In this document: positions 13,124 to 25,962 of the stretch, one piece after another
Numbering within the stretch: position 1 is the first letter of the stretch
Layout: every line of letters begins with the position of its first letter
Source: Vicugna vicugna
Taxonomy: Eukaryota
DNA length: 64,000 bases
Direction: 5' to 3'
NCBI GenBank assembly: GCA_013265495.1
Contig: MU058718.1
Coordinates: 1,116,001 to 1,180,000, forward strand
Made by a program: the position numbers and the translations under genes
Notes under the pieces: model-generated
What the model saw: only the letters and a program-made list of their open reading frames with translations
Databases searched by the model: none
Told to the model about the DNA's origin: nothing

Positions 13124-13175
13124 AAGTTAGAATGAAATGTGAAAAGAAGTTAGAATGAAATGTGTCAAGAAGTTA
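13124..13175. repeat. 23-bp tandem duplication
   Basis: aagttagaatgaaatgtgaaaag / aagttagaatgaaatgtgtcaag / aagtta. Confidence 0.9.
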
Positions 13176-13529
13176 AAAGGATAATGAAGGATGGGAATAA
13201 TTAGACATGGGGAGGCCGGAATATAGAGTTACTCTCTTAGATATTAGGCAGTGGGTGAAAGGTAGCTAATGTCAGTAATGACCAAAAGAGTAGAGAGATC
13301 TTAAGAAGAGAAGGACAAATGGGGGTGGAGAAGAATTACAAGAAAAAGCAGAATCGATGCTCCTTTCCCCATTTTCCCCCAACAACAAAGTGTGTTCTCT
13401 GAGCCCTAACAAACACTGAAACTAAGTTTTGACAGGGAGCACTTCAGCTAACAGAATCACACTAGGCAATGTAGCTAAGGTACTTTTCCCTGTTAATTTG
13501 GGTTTCCAACCCAGCATGAAATAAGATTG

Positions 13530-13900
13530 ATTTATTCATTCAAATGTTTATTGAACTTACTGTATACAGGTCAGGGTGCCGGGAACTAGGGACATGACCG
13601 TGAGTAAGATGGACAGAGAGAGGTGGCTGATAATCAAGTTAAAACAGTCAGTCATTATTCAGTGGGATAAGTGTGAGGAAATGCAGTATGCAGAGGGTGT
13701 TGCAGGAGCAAAGAAGAGGGACATCTAACATAGACTTGGTAACTAAGAAAGGCTCCATAAGCAAGGCTCCATATTAGGCTAGAATCTCTAGGACAGACAG
13801 GACCTTATCACTCTTGTTCACTCCAACATCCCTAGAACCTTGCACAGCACCCAATATGATGGAAGCACCATAAAAATAAGTTGCATGATTGAATTAATCA
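13530..13900. mobile_element. L2 3'-end fragments (antisense then sense)
   Basis: ttattcattcaaatgtttattgaac..; ggacagggaccttatc-ctcttgttcact..gcacagcac. Confidence 0.6.
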
Positions 13901-14459
13901 AAACCTGTCTTTACTTCATTTGCTTGGTGTGGAAGTAATACCAATGGGAGATACTGCCCCAAATCCTGTTCTCTGATTCTTAGTTTCCTTGTGAGAAGAG
14001 AATAAACATATCTGGAAACACTGATTAACTACTCTGACATTTATTTGCCCTTAAATTTTCATGAACATCAAAAATTTAGTATGAACTCCCAATAATCAAA
14101 GTCAGTGAAATGTGAAAAAGATATTTAATATATCTTTTAAAAATTGGGGAAAAAATCAATATGTAGTTGCCAGTGGAAGCAATGTGAGCCTTAACAACTC
14201 AATGAAGTAAGTACATGCTCCTATTTAAACTCTTTCAGAATATGTCTGTAATGTTTTAACTGGATATTTACAGATAGTTGAAATACCTAAGAATCACTTG
14301 ATTATTATTTGTAGTTACTTCTGTGCACCACAAAGAAATTAGCTGCCAATTCTATTTTAGTGGCTACCGTTTGGAAAACAGACAAAACAAATGGTTTGAA
14401 AGGAATATCCTCATATTAAAAGTCATGCAAATAGTGTGATATGGGGCGAGGAAAATGAG

Positions 14460-14645
14460 AAGATTTACCACTTAGTAATTCTGTGATCTGGGATAGATCA
14501 GTTAATCTTTTTGAGCTGGGTTCCTCATCTCTGAAATGCAGATATCGTGATGTTGCCTAACCTTGTGGCATTGCTATGAAGATCAAAAGAGATCATATAG
14601 GTGAAGTAAATTTGAAAACTATAAGAAGCAACAGGAATGTTAATT
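14460..14645 (+). mobile_element. MIR SINE relic
   Basis: ccacttagtaattctgtgatctggg..gagctgggttcctcatctctgaaatg. Confidence 0.7.
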
Positions 14646-14910
14646 ATTAAAATAATATTATGAATAGAAAATGGAATTCAAATTGCTGACCATGAATGTG
14701 GCCCATGATGAACAATCTTTAATATTCCATATTCAGCTCCAGAGCCCTAGACCTATTAACAGTTCATCACTTAAGATATGGAAAAGAATCTTATGCTGCG
14801 TGAAAGATTTAAAAATTGGGTAAAACATTTAAAAAAGAAAAAAGCTAGTCCTCTGATCAATCTCACAACCCAAACTGTGAGCATCTGTACATAGCCTTTA
14901 GAAGAATCTT

Positions 14911-14987
14911 TTTAAAATTAAAGTACAGTCAATTACAATGTGTCAAAATCTGGTGTTCAGCAAAATGTAGTCATGCATATACATACA
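14911..14987 (-). mobile_element. Very short (~75 bp) L1 3'-end insertion with imperfect TSD
   Basis: aaattaaagtacagtcaattacaatgtgtcaaaatctggtgttcagc..atatacataca matches L1 3' ends at 7811 and 60395; flanks aagaatctttt / aagaatatctttt. Confidence 0.85.
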
Positions 14988-15099
14988 AAAGAATATCTTT
15001 TAAATCATTTGGGAAGCTTTTTGGTCTCTCTGGAGTTCTCACTGAAGCTATATAGAAAACTCACTTATTCAAGTGGCTTGAGTAACTAATTAGACAATC

Positions 15100-17400
15100 T
15101 GCATTAATTCAAATAAAACCTCTCCTGATGGTGGAAGGCTCAGAGCAAGGCTGGAAGGGGCAGGATCTGGGATGAGAGTCACATCCAGGGAAGATTGCCT
15201 AGCGGGCTGCTTTCCCTAGGCGAGTGAGAAGCAACATCTTTATAAGACTAAAAGAGTTTATTTTCACTATAACTAAAAGAAACTAAGTATCAGTCACCAC
15301 TAGCAAGGGTGATCTTTATCTGTCTCTGTTGGCTTGAGAGAAAAGGAAGGAATCTTAAAAGGCTCCAGCAGCTGCAGGCTCCTCACGGAGGACATCTCCC
15401 GCACATTGCTGACATGTCTTGGATTTTTCCAACCTTACCTTGTGTTAGAAGAAATTACCTCGGGAGTCGAATGTCCTCCTACACGTGTAACCCCACGTGA
15501 GTGTTGTCAAATACTCCTCTCACAGAAGAATCAGGATTCCCTAGCCTGTTTCTCAGAAAGGCCATCTATTGCTTTGTGAAAGGTTTTGTGATCCCCTCCT
15601 GGCTTGGAAGGCTCTCTCCTAGCACCTGTGAGCCCTCACTCGGGAGAGATGGCTAATGTGCTAATTACCCCAAACCCAAAAATGTAAGCTGTAAACAAAT
15701 GAGAGCTGTGTTTATAATCAATCAGTTTTATGACCTTCTGATGGTGATGATATCAGTGGCGTTTACACTGGGAGACCGCACAGCGTTCTCCAGCAGCTGG
15801 CCGCTTCTGTTGCTTGAGAGCAGAGAACGATGTGGCCCATTAATTGTAGTCTTTGCACTGAAGGGCACGTTTCCTTGGCCAAATGGCCAATCTGGCTTTT
15901 GGAATTGCCAAATAAATTATTTTTTAAAATCTTAGAGTCAGCCTGGATGGTTTTCAAATAATCTGGTTTGGGGCCTACACTCCCTCAGCCTGCCACCCTC
16001 CCCCTCCCAGCCCCTGCCCTAACCTGGCCCCATGAAAAACTGAAAATGCATTCTTTCTGAGCTGTAACTTGATATATACATGATTTGAAGACAGCGGGGA
16101 GACACTCTAATCCCAAGGAGAGAGAGGCTTGGCCTGGATGCACACAGAGTTCACCGCTCTGATCTAGGACTGACCTTTGCTGCGTCACTCTCCTTGCCCT
16201 GAAGCTGTTTCTCCACCTGAAGGCTGAGGTGAGGGTGACTCGGCAGCAGACGCCTGCAGAACATTCTGCTGTCGTCAGGCCAGGAGGATCCTTGCAAAGC
16301 ATAGATGTCATAAAACGTGAAGGAGGGATGTCTACACCAGTCCTGCGGTTCTGATCAAAGCTAAAATTTCTGAGTTCTTGAATGAAAACTTCCAACTGTA
16401 CATGTGAGATTTGCAGCTGCCTTTGGTACCTATGAAATATGGTTTCTGAGGTGCTGAACGATGTCCTGGGGTTCTCTATAACCTGCTCCTTTGGCACCAA
16501 GAGCCTTTCATGTTGAGCCCTGCCAGCTTGTGGAGATGCGGCTCAAGATCTTTGGCTACATTTCGGATTAGTTAAAAGTGCAAAGCACTTGCCAGTGAAG
16601 CCCCAAATGCATCTTGCCCCTGAGCACCTTGCCCTTCATTTACAGACCCCTGGGAAAACCAAGCCCATCTGTTTCCCATTCATTTACACTTTGCTCATCA
16701 AAATGTTGGTTTTGGTTGGATTCCTTTGTTTTTATTTCAAGAAACCTTTAAGAGTTCCGAGTGGGGAAAAAGATGGGTAATTAGCAAGGAGTGCTAATGA
16801 CCCTAAGCTCTTTGTCCTGTTTCTAGCATTACTTTTGATCCATTGTATGGTGACAAGCAGTATTTTTCTGCATCTATCCCACTTACTAGCCTCCCTGAAG
16901 TATTTTTTATTTTAAAGGAATACAGTGTTTTGTTTTTGCCCCACAACCAGAGATTTGAAAACAAGCTGGAATCTGCAACAGTTTCGTGAGGGGACACTCA
17001 TGGGATCTGAGACTTTGCTTTTTCTTTCTTTTGTTTTGAAAGAGCCAACTGCTTTTTCTTATGTTCATGAAGTGAGTGACTGGGAACTGTTTATCCCACT
17101 GCCTTTAGGGAATAGGGAAAAGGTGTCTAATGTTCTATTTTTTTTTCTCCCTTCTTTGTCAGATACCCTTGAAACTGTGAATATTTGTGAGCTACAAGAA
17201 AATGCACTATTTTCAGTATTTTCTGGTCTTGTGGGTATTTTTCATCCCCTCAAAGCAGCTTTTTTCCTAACTTTTAGTCAAAATCAGTAGTTGTTTAACT
17301 CTTTAGTGGGGCCAAATTCCTTCCTTGCTTACAGTAGTAAACTTGCTGATCTTTGGGAGTAGAAATAAAGTTAGATTACATCCTGTCTCCCCTGCCACCA
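15100..17400. promoter_or_regulatory. Repeat-free island, candidate enhancer or alternative promoter
   Basis: No recognisable repeat; more CpG than flanks; E-box cacgtg ~15494, ttggc/gccaa cluster 15875-15912, tgcgtca 16181. Confidence 0.4.
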
Positions 17401-17879
17401 GAAAAAGAATAGATAACTCTCTCCCCAGTCCTTAGTTTACACATTCCTGAATAACAATCGTAATCTAAACTTTGTAGGAACGTGGTGAGAAATATCTCAC
17501 TTAAAATATGCATTACTGGTAATTATGTATTATATAACCTTAAGCAATGTTCTTATTAAAAGATTTAAGGGATTTACATGCTTGGATTCAGTTATCAAGT
17601 TTTGATAGTGGTAAACCTATTATGAAGTATCTCAGTAACATCTTATGACATGTATTGATTTTAGTGATATAACAATCAGGCACTCATACAATTTGGCAAG
17701 TTCATTTCGATTTTATGTAGTAAAGGCTTTCCTTTTTGTTATGTATGCCAGATGGTAGAAGACCAATGTAATCGGCAAAACTGAAGTAACTGGGCAAAGG
17801 AGACCTAGCTGCTATTATGGGACTTAGAAAGGTCCAGAATTACCATTGTAGCTTTATGTGAAATACCATTCAAGTGGGT

Positions 17880-18240
17880 GGCAGCCTAGCACAGGCACTG
17901 AAAACCTATGCTGTGAAACTGGATAAACCGAGTTGAAATCTGAGATCTGCTACTTAGCATGAACTAGGGCAAGTTCCTGAGCCTCTGTTTCCTCATTGAC
18001 ATGATAGGAATAATAATAGTGCCCAGTCCAGTGGTATGTTGGTAATAGCCTGTTTCTACAGTATAAATAATCCTACTTGGTTGATTTCAAGTTGCCAGCT
18101 GGAGTTGGGAGAGATCAGCACAATTGGTCCTCATAAGCTGGTACAAACCATCATTGGCACTGCACTAACAGAACCCAAATCTTAGGCTTGTTGGGAGTAT
18201 AAATGAGATTCAGCATGTAAAGTACTTAACATTGTGCTTG
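17880..18240 (+). mobile_element. MIR split by a MER63-like insertion
   Basis: gggcaagttcctgagcctctgtttcctcatt..aataataatagtgcc, resuming ttgggagtataaatgagat..taaagtactta. Confidence 0.7.
18028..18158. mobile_element. MER63-like hAT-Blackjack MITE
   Basis: ccagtggtatgttggtaa..gatttcaagttgcca..gagttgggagagat; related to 62900-63081. Confidence 0.7.
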
Positions 18241-18242
18241 TA

Positions 18243-18392
18243 TATACTTTATATCTTTGATTCTGAGATGCCATCAGTTATAAGAAAAAACACAATTAAA
18301 AACAGATTTTAATGAAAACCTCTACTTGTTGGTTGTGTGTATCCCATATCAGACATGAAAAAGTTAAAAAGCTTGTCTTAGAGTTGAGTAGT
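18243..18392. mobile_element. TcMar-Tc2 MITE (MER104-like)
   Basis: gattctgagatgccatcagttataaga ... gtcttagagttga. Confidence 0.5.
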
Positions 18393-18583
18393 GTTTACTC
18401 TGTTCTAGGCACTATGCTAAGCATTTGCCATATAGGTAAGAAGCCTGCACCACACTTGCTTTTGGCTTATGACTCTTCTTGTTTGCTCATTAAATTAGAA
18501 GTACTCTATCAAATGCCAATACCCTGGGCCTTCTAGCTTTTTCATCAGAATGTTTACCTGTAGAAGGTCTGTCTGTCACATCT

Positions 18584-18889
18584 TGTATTCTACTAGGGCT
18601 GCTGCAGTAGAATATCACAGACTGGGTAGCTGAAACAAAAGACGTTTATTCCTACAGTTCTGGAGGCTGAAAGTCCAAGATTAAGGTATTAGTAGGGTTG
18701 GTTTCTCTGAGGCGTCTCTCTTTGGTTTGCCGCTGACCATCTTCTTGCTGTGTCCTCACGTGGTATTTCCTCTGATCAAAGGCATCCCTGGCTTCTCTTC
18801 CTCCTCTTTTAAGGAAACTAGTCCTATTCAGTTAGGGCTTCAGTATATGAATTTGATAGTGGGGAGTGGGCAGTTGAATCCATAAGACA
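18584..18889 (-). mobile_element. MaLR LTR (MLT1A/B-like)
   Basis: tagggctgctgcagtagaatatcacagactgggtagctgaaac..cagttctggaggctgaaagtccaagat. Confidence 0.85.
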
Positions 18890-18902
18890 CCTCTTTAGGT
18901 CG

Positions 18903-19066
18903 TGAATAGTTTCCTAGAGTTGCCGTAACAAATGACCGTACACTTGGTGATTTACAACAACAGAAATTTATTCTCTCACAGATCTGGAGACCTCAAGTCC
19001 AAAACTGAGGTGTCAGCAAGGCCATGTTTCCTCAGAAGGCTCTTGGGGAGAATCCTTTCTTGCCTC
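18903..19066 (-). mobile_element. MaLR LTR fragment (MLT1C-like)
   Basis: agtttcctagagttgccgtaacaaatgacc..cagaaatttattctctcacag..gagaatcctttcttgcctc. Confidence 0.85.
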
Positions 19067-20642
19067 CCATTAAGAAGAGTTCTACAGAAAACTTCCTGCA
19101 CAAAAATCTCAGAGTTCATTTCCTAGGAACCTCACCTATGACAGTTATATCAGGAATGGCTTTAGAAAGCAAACTCTAAAATGGAATTTGGAAGTGGGTG
19201 AGCTCATTCCTGGCTGGCTAGCAATGAGGACCCATTAGTTGGCGGTAGGGAGTATGGATAGCCCCTGGCATGTTGTTGCAGTACAGTTATTAAAACTTCA
19301 CTAGTAGTAAACTGGGACAAAACACTGATGAAAAGGAAAGCAATGGTGGTGTGATGTCTTTAAGCATTTAAGAAGTTTGGAGGAAATAATAATTATAAGA
19401 GCAGCAGAATTGCAAGTCTCTTCCCAAGGGCTATCAATGCATCGGAGAAAAACAGTCAAAGTCTGAGCGGCATTAGCCATCAATTTAAATGTGAAAGTCA
19501 GAGGGCCTCTGCATAGAATATAAAGGGGCTCATTTTCTGCAGCAAGAGGATAGAAAAACCTGAGGATTAAGCTCAGGACTTAATTAGCAGGACAACAGAT
19601 CTCTAGAGAAGATTGAATTCTCAATCTTGTCAAGTCCCTAAAGTCAGGGCTCTGGCTGGGAAAGAGTGGGATTCTAGGTTGACACACTGAAGAATCTTGA
19701 AAACAGGTCTTTTTGAGCCCTCTGGGCCTGAAAAAGTGGCTAACTCTGCCCTATTGAGCCTAGAATGATTCCATTGCTTGAAGCTAAGCCAGAGGTCTCT
19801 GCCTTGAAAGATATGTATCTTTCTCAGTATCTGTACATACCTCTGCTCATGGCCACTGACTATAACTATGATTAGATCACAGTCCAATCTAGCCAGGGAA
19901 GTGCTGGGCTTACTAAGGAAGGGAACACTAATAGGCACTAATCAACATTCGTTGATTAGCTCAGGAGCTGAGGAGGGTGTTGAGGGTGTTGAAGGTGTTG
20001 AGCAAAAAGGGAGTGAACAAAAAGTTGGACATAAGAGAGCTCCTCGATATGGAAGCACTGCCCTGTGATACAGGGGGGAACACTATGGCAAGGATTCCAG
20101 GAAATGGGATCTCTGGAGAAAATGATGGCCATCACTGAGGTAGAAAAAGGGAAAGGTCAAGGGCTGAGAGAAGGGGTTATTCTAGAATAGGTATGTACAT
20201 AATGCTGGAAAATGAACGAACGAGCTATGTTACTCAGGAGGGCCCCTGAAACCTTCCATACACTGAAGTGAGATAGAATATGCTGGTGAGAAGGGTACAA
20301 GCTGTTGAGCTCAGTGGTGGTTGTCTTTCACAGTTTGGGTCTGACAGTAGAAGTTGTCATTCTAGAACTAGGCTTGCTGATAGCAATGCAACGATAGGGC
20401 CCTTAGACAGAGATCAGGTGGTGGTCCTTACCTGTCAGAAGCAAGTGAGTACAGTTATCATAATGAGTGTCTGCCAAACGAACCTGACCCACAAAGAACT
20501 ACGGACCTGCTAAATAGACACAGCATCCTTTAGAGGCCATTGGGCAGTTAAAAGGAGTATTGCTCAATTCACACAATTAAAACAAATAAAAGATGGAGGA
20601 TCAGAAAGTTGAGAGTAGCCACCTCAATAAAAGTCACAATTC

Positions 20643-23378
20643 TTTTAAAGAAATCATGCTGGAACAATTGAATAGTAATGTGAAGAAGAAAATGAAACCT
20701 GGCCCTTATCTCATACCATATATAAAATTAACTTGATATGGATCATAGATCTAACCATAAAAGCAAACACTATCAAACTTGTAGACAAAAAAAAAAAAAA
20801 AAAGAAAGAAATCTTTGTGACCTTGAATCAGGCAAAGGTTTTCCAGGTAGAACACAAACAGCATGAGCAGCAAAAGAAAAAAAAATGATAACTTGGCTTC
20901 ATCAAATTAAAAGCCCTTACTTTTCAAAAAATACTATTGTTAAAATATAAAGAAAGCCAGACTGGAAGAAAATATTTGCAAAACACATATGTGATGAAGG
21001 ACTTATATCCAGAATATATAGAAAGTGCTGTTGCAGTTCAAAAGACAGAACCCAGAAATGAACTCACACTTACACGGGTAGTCAATCTGTGACAAAGGAG
21101 GCAAGAACATACAATGGAGAAAAGATAGCCTCTTCAATAAATGGTGTTGGGAAAACTGTACAGCTACATGCAAAAGAAACTGGGCTACTTTCTGACACCA
21201 TGCACAAAAATAAATTCAAAATGGATTAAAGACTTAAATAAATGGAAGACCTGAAACCATAAAACTTCTAGAAGAAAATATGCTCTTTGACATTAGTCTT
21301 TCAATATTTTTTTCACTGTGTCACCTCAAATAAAGGAAACAAAAGCAAAAATAAACAAAGGGGAATACATCAAACTTAAAAAGCTTTTGCACAGGGAAGA
21401 AAACTATCAACAAAACAGGAAGGCTGCCTACTGAATGGGAGAAGATATTTGCAAATGTTTTTTCATATAAGGAGTTAATATCCAAAATATACAGAGAACT
21501 CATACAACTCTCTATATATATATTTTTTTTAAACCACCAAATAATCCAATTAAAAAATGGACAGAAGACCTGAATAGACATTTTTCCAAAGAAGACATAC
21601 AGGTGGCCAACAGAAACATGAAAAGATGCTCAGCATCACTAATCATCAGGGAAATGCAAATCAGAACGACAGTGAGTTATCACCTCACACCTGTTTGATA
21701 ATGGTTAATATCAAAAAGACAGCAAATAAATAAGTATGGGTGAGGATATGGACAAAAGGGAATTCTCATGCACTGTTTGTGAGAATGTAAATTGGTGTAG
21801 CCATTATGAAAAACACTATGGGTTTTTTTTTTCAATTAAAAATAGAACTGTCATACAATCTAGCTATTCTACTCCTGGGTATTTATCCAAAGAAAATGAA
21901 AATGCTAATTTGAAAAGGTATATGCATACCTATGTTCATTACAGCATTATTTACAATAGCCAAGATATGGAAGCAGTCCAAGTGTCCATTAATAGATGAA
22001 TAGATAAAGAATATATAATATGTTTTATATATACACACACATATATACACATGTATTTTTTAAATGGAATATTACTCAGCCATGGAAAAGAATGAAATCT
22101 TGCCATTTGTGGCAACATGGATCTACCTAAAGGATATATATTATGTTTAGTGAAATAAGTCAGACAGAAAAAGACAAACACTGTATGATTTCACTTATAG
22201 AAGAATCTAAAAAACAAAGCAAATGAACAAACAAAACAAAGCAGAAACAGAGTAATAGATAACAAACAGGCATTTGCCAGAGGGGAGAAGGGAGAACAGA
22301 AGTAAGTGAGGGAGATCAAAAGGTACAAACTTAAATAAATGTCATGAATATGAATTTTAAAGTGCGGAGAAAATAGTCAAAAATTATGTAATATCTTTGT
22401 ATGGTGACAGACTATAACTAGACCTATTGTGGTGATCATTTTAAAATGTGTAGAAATATCAAACCACTATATGGTATAACAGGAACTGACAATGTAGGTA
22501 AAGAAGGAAAAAATGTAATATAAAAAATGGACAAGAGATTGAACAGACGCTTCAGCAAAGAAGATCTCTAAATGGCAAATAAGCACATGACAATGTGCTC
22601 AATGTCATTAGTCATTAGGGAAACACAGATTACAATCATAATAAATAGCCACTTTACATACATCATTAAAATATCTAAAATTTAGAGAAGATTGACCATA
22701 TGAAGTGCTGTCAAGGATGTGGGATGACTGGGATGCTCATGCATTGCTGGTGAGCAAAGTAACAGGGTACAACCACTTTGGAAAACAATTGGCAGTTTCT
22801 TTTACAGTTTAACATATACTTACTATAAACTCAGCAATCCCACTGTTAGATATTTACCATACAGAAATATAGACGTCTGTCCACACAAAGACCTGCATGC
22901 AAATGATCATAGAAAGTATATTCATTAATAACCCCAAATTGGAAACAGCCCAAATCCCTACCAACTGTGAACTGGAAAACATAGTGTGCTACATCTGTAT
23001 AACAGAACACTACTCTGCAATAAAATGAAGTACTGATATGTGCAACTTGGAATCATTATGTTAAGTGAAAGACACAAAAGATAATTTACTGTATAATTCC
23101 ATTTATATGACTTCTAGGCAAGGCAAAGCTCTAGTGACAGAAATCAGATTAGTGGTTGCCAGGAGATGGGAAAGAAGATGAGGGAATTGACTACAAAGGG
23201 CACAAGGGAACTTTGTAGATGATGATAGAAATGTTCTTCACTTTCATTGCAGTGATGGTTACATGACTATATACATTTGTCACAACTCACTGAATTGTAC
23301 ACTGAAAATAGGTGAACTTTAATAAATTTTATCTCAATTAAGGCTGATTTAAAAATGCTACATTAAAAAAAATATATG
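20643..23378 (+). mobile_element. L1MB/MC-age 3' fragment inserted in ERV-L gag/pol junction
   Basis: ORF2 3' part, 3'UTR (ggcaaagctctagtgacagaaatcagattagtggttgccagg) and A-rich tail; degenerate TSD ataaaagtcacaattct / ataaagtcattct. Confidence 0.88.
21043..22500 (+). mobile_element. Younger L1 (L1MA9/laurasiatherian-type 3' end) nested in the previous L1
   Basis: ORF2 restarts upstream (aacccagaaatgaactcacac) and has its own 3'UTR aatatctttgtatggtgacagactataactagacctattgtggtgatcatttt; host L1 resumes aaaaaatggacaagagattgaacagac. Confidence 0.88.
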
Positions 23379-25962
23379 ATTTATAAAGTCATTCTCCCTC
23401 TCCCAGTTTCCAGATCTGAGCCAGCATGTAGACTTGGAATTTATAGCCAGAAGGAAAGGCTTGATCCCCAGGAAGAAGAATCCTAAAGCCCATATCCTCT
23501 CAAGGGTAAACAGTATGATTCCTACAGTCCTTCTCCAAAGGAATCTGTGGCTATTTCATTGAGTAACCAAACAATGGGGAAAGAGCAGTTCATGGACATT
23601 GGAGGACTACTGAAGAAAGGATTCAAATTGAAGTTGATAGCTGGGCCCTGAAGGGTCATCATGATCCCTCTGTTAGAGAGAGAGGTGATATATGGAGATC
23701 AGTGGAGCCCTGGCCCATATTTGGCTTACAGTGAATTTACTGGGACTATGGACTCACCCAGTAGCCACTTCCCCAACCCCTGAATGCGTAATTGCAGTAG
23801 ACAGACATCATAGTTGGCTGAACCGCGTATTTGTTCTTTGACCTTTGAGGCAAGAACTATTACAATATGGGGAGACCAAGTGGAAGACTCCAAAACTCCT
23901 GCTCCCAGTCAAGGCAGGAAGTAAAAGTAATTGCATACCAGAGGGAATAGTAGAGATTAGTGCCAATCTTAAAGATCTAAAGGATGCAGGGATCATGGTC
24001 TTCACATATCTCTGCTTCGTTTACCAGTCCAGTCCCTACAAAGCCAGACTGATCCTGGAGGATAAGGGTAAACTATCACAAGCTCAACCAAGTAGTAGTC
24101 CCAATTACAGCTGCCGTGCCAGATACGGTATTTTTGCTAGAATAGATTAACATGGTCTCAGGCACTTGGCATGCAACCACTGATCTGGTAGATATATTTG
24201 TTTCATCTTCATCATGAAGGAGGACCAGAAGCAGTTTGCATTCACATGGGATTAACATTAGTATACACTTACAGTCTAGTCCCATGGCTGTGTTAACTCT
24301 GTCATCAGTCATCTGTCATAATACAGTCTGAAGAGGCTTGGACTCTCTAGATATTCTGTAGGATATTATATTGGTCCATATTGTTGAGATTGTGTTAACC
24401 AGACTGGAAGATTATGAAGTGGAGATTATGTGAAGGACTTGGTATGGCACATATACTACAAAGGGTGAGAGAGATAAACCTCATGAATATTCAGGGGCCT
24501 GGCATGTCAGTAATGTTTTTAGGAATCCAGTGATCTAGATAAATTATTGCATTTTTCACTTCCTGCCACTAATAAGGAAGCAGAATGCCTGGTAGGCTCT
24601 TCAGATTCTGGAGATAAGCATATTCCACGACTGGGAACCAGGTGACAAGAAAAGTTTCCAGCTTTTCAGGTGGAATGCGGGAAAGGGATATGTAGCACTT
24701 TGAAGCTGTGGTACAAACAGCCCTGCCTCTTTGGCCATATGATCTGAGGGACCCTGTGGTATTATCTACAGTGAAGAATGATGTACAGTGAATGATGGCA
24801 AGTCCTAGTAGAATCACAATGTAGACACCTTGGGTTCTAAAGCAGTGACATGCCATTTACAGTGGAGAATTATATGTTAATTGAAAATCAGGTCCTGGTG
24901 TGCTTCTAGGTTCTGGTACAGAGCATCTAATCATAGACCTTTGAGTGTCCATGTTGCCAGAACTATTTACCATTACTGGGGTTCTGTCAGACCCACCAGT
25001 CATTAGTTGGGCTATCCCAACAGCAATCCATCCTGAAATAGAAGTGTACATCTGGGACTGGGCATGAACGTGACCATAGGGTACAACTAGACTGCATGAG
25101 CAAGTGGCCCAGACTCTCATGTCATCCCCTGCTGTAGTGCAGTTTCCTCTCCCTCATCTTACACCTATGGCCACATACATAGTCTTTTACGACCAGCTCA
25201 CAAAGGAGGCAAAAGGCCAAGCTTAGTTGTGGGTGTGTTGGTTTGGTATGTAGATATATGAAGAGGAATTCTCCCAATTCTCCCAGTGAACACAGCTTTA
25301 AGTAGTATAGCATGTTGTCCACTTTACATGGTAGGAGAAGTGGCCAAAGAAAGAGCATATATATACCAACTTGTGGGCAGTCACAAATGTCCTGGCTGAA
25401 TGGTCAGGGGTCTGAAGGAGAACAGTTAGAATGTTAAGGATAAGCAGGTAGTGGGAAGAGTAATGTGGATGGACCTATGCGAGTGGGTACTGTGTGTGAA
25501 GATATTTGTATTACATGTTCACGAAGCTCCTCAATGGCAGGGTTAGTTGAACTTAGTCATTAGGTGGAATGGGTGCAGGGAAGAATGCCGGAATCCTCTG
25601 AGTTGTCTATTGATACTCCCCTGCCTAATTTTGTTAGAGGATGTACAAATTCTGCCATCATGGCCTGGAAGGGCATGGTGACTCAGACCTCCAGGTGTAC
25701 AATATAGGCCCTCCCACCCTCTGCCTGGTTAAGCCACTTAATTCAGCCGAGATGCCAGCTGAGGGTGAAAGGAAACTAAGTTGGAAAATGGAGGAAGAAG
25801 GTGATGAAGATCAGTTGTAGTCCCATGATCAGCTGCAGTGGCTAGGGCCAATGTTTGGTTAGCCTTTACACTCTAAGTTTCCCTAGGGGAAGAAAGGAGT
25901 TGTTCCCAGATGGGATAAAGTTAATAGAGAAAGTGAGTGGATCTGAATAGCACAAGGTGTAC

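Noticed and set aside
15743..15865. Possible C/D snoRNA (gtgatga ... ctga)
   Set aside because: Terminal stem misplaced, no recognisable guide; such boxes occur by chance
15985..16500. 171-aa minus-strand ORF
   Set aside because: Non-ATG start, no recognisable domain; likely a by-product of locally higher GC
23845..24150. ERV-L pol ORF as a functional gene
   Set aside because: Frameshifted after ~55 codons; the region expected to hold the YxDD motif (~24370) is degenerate; many stops
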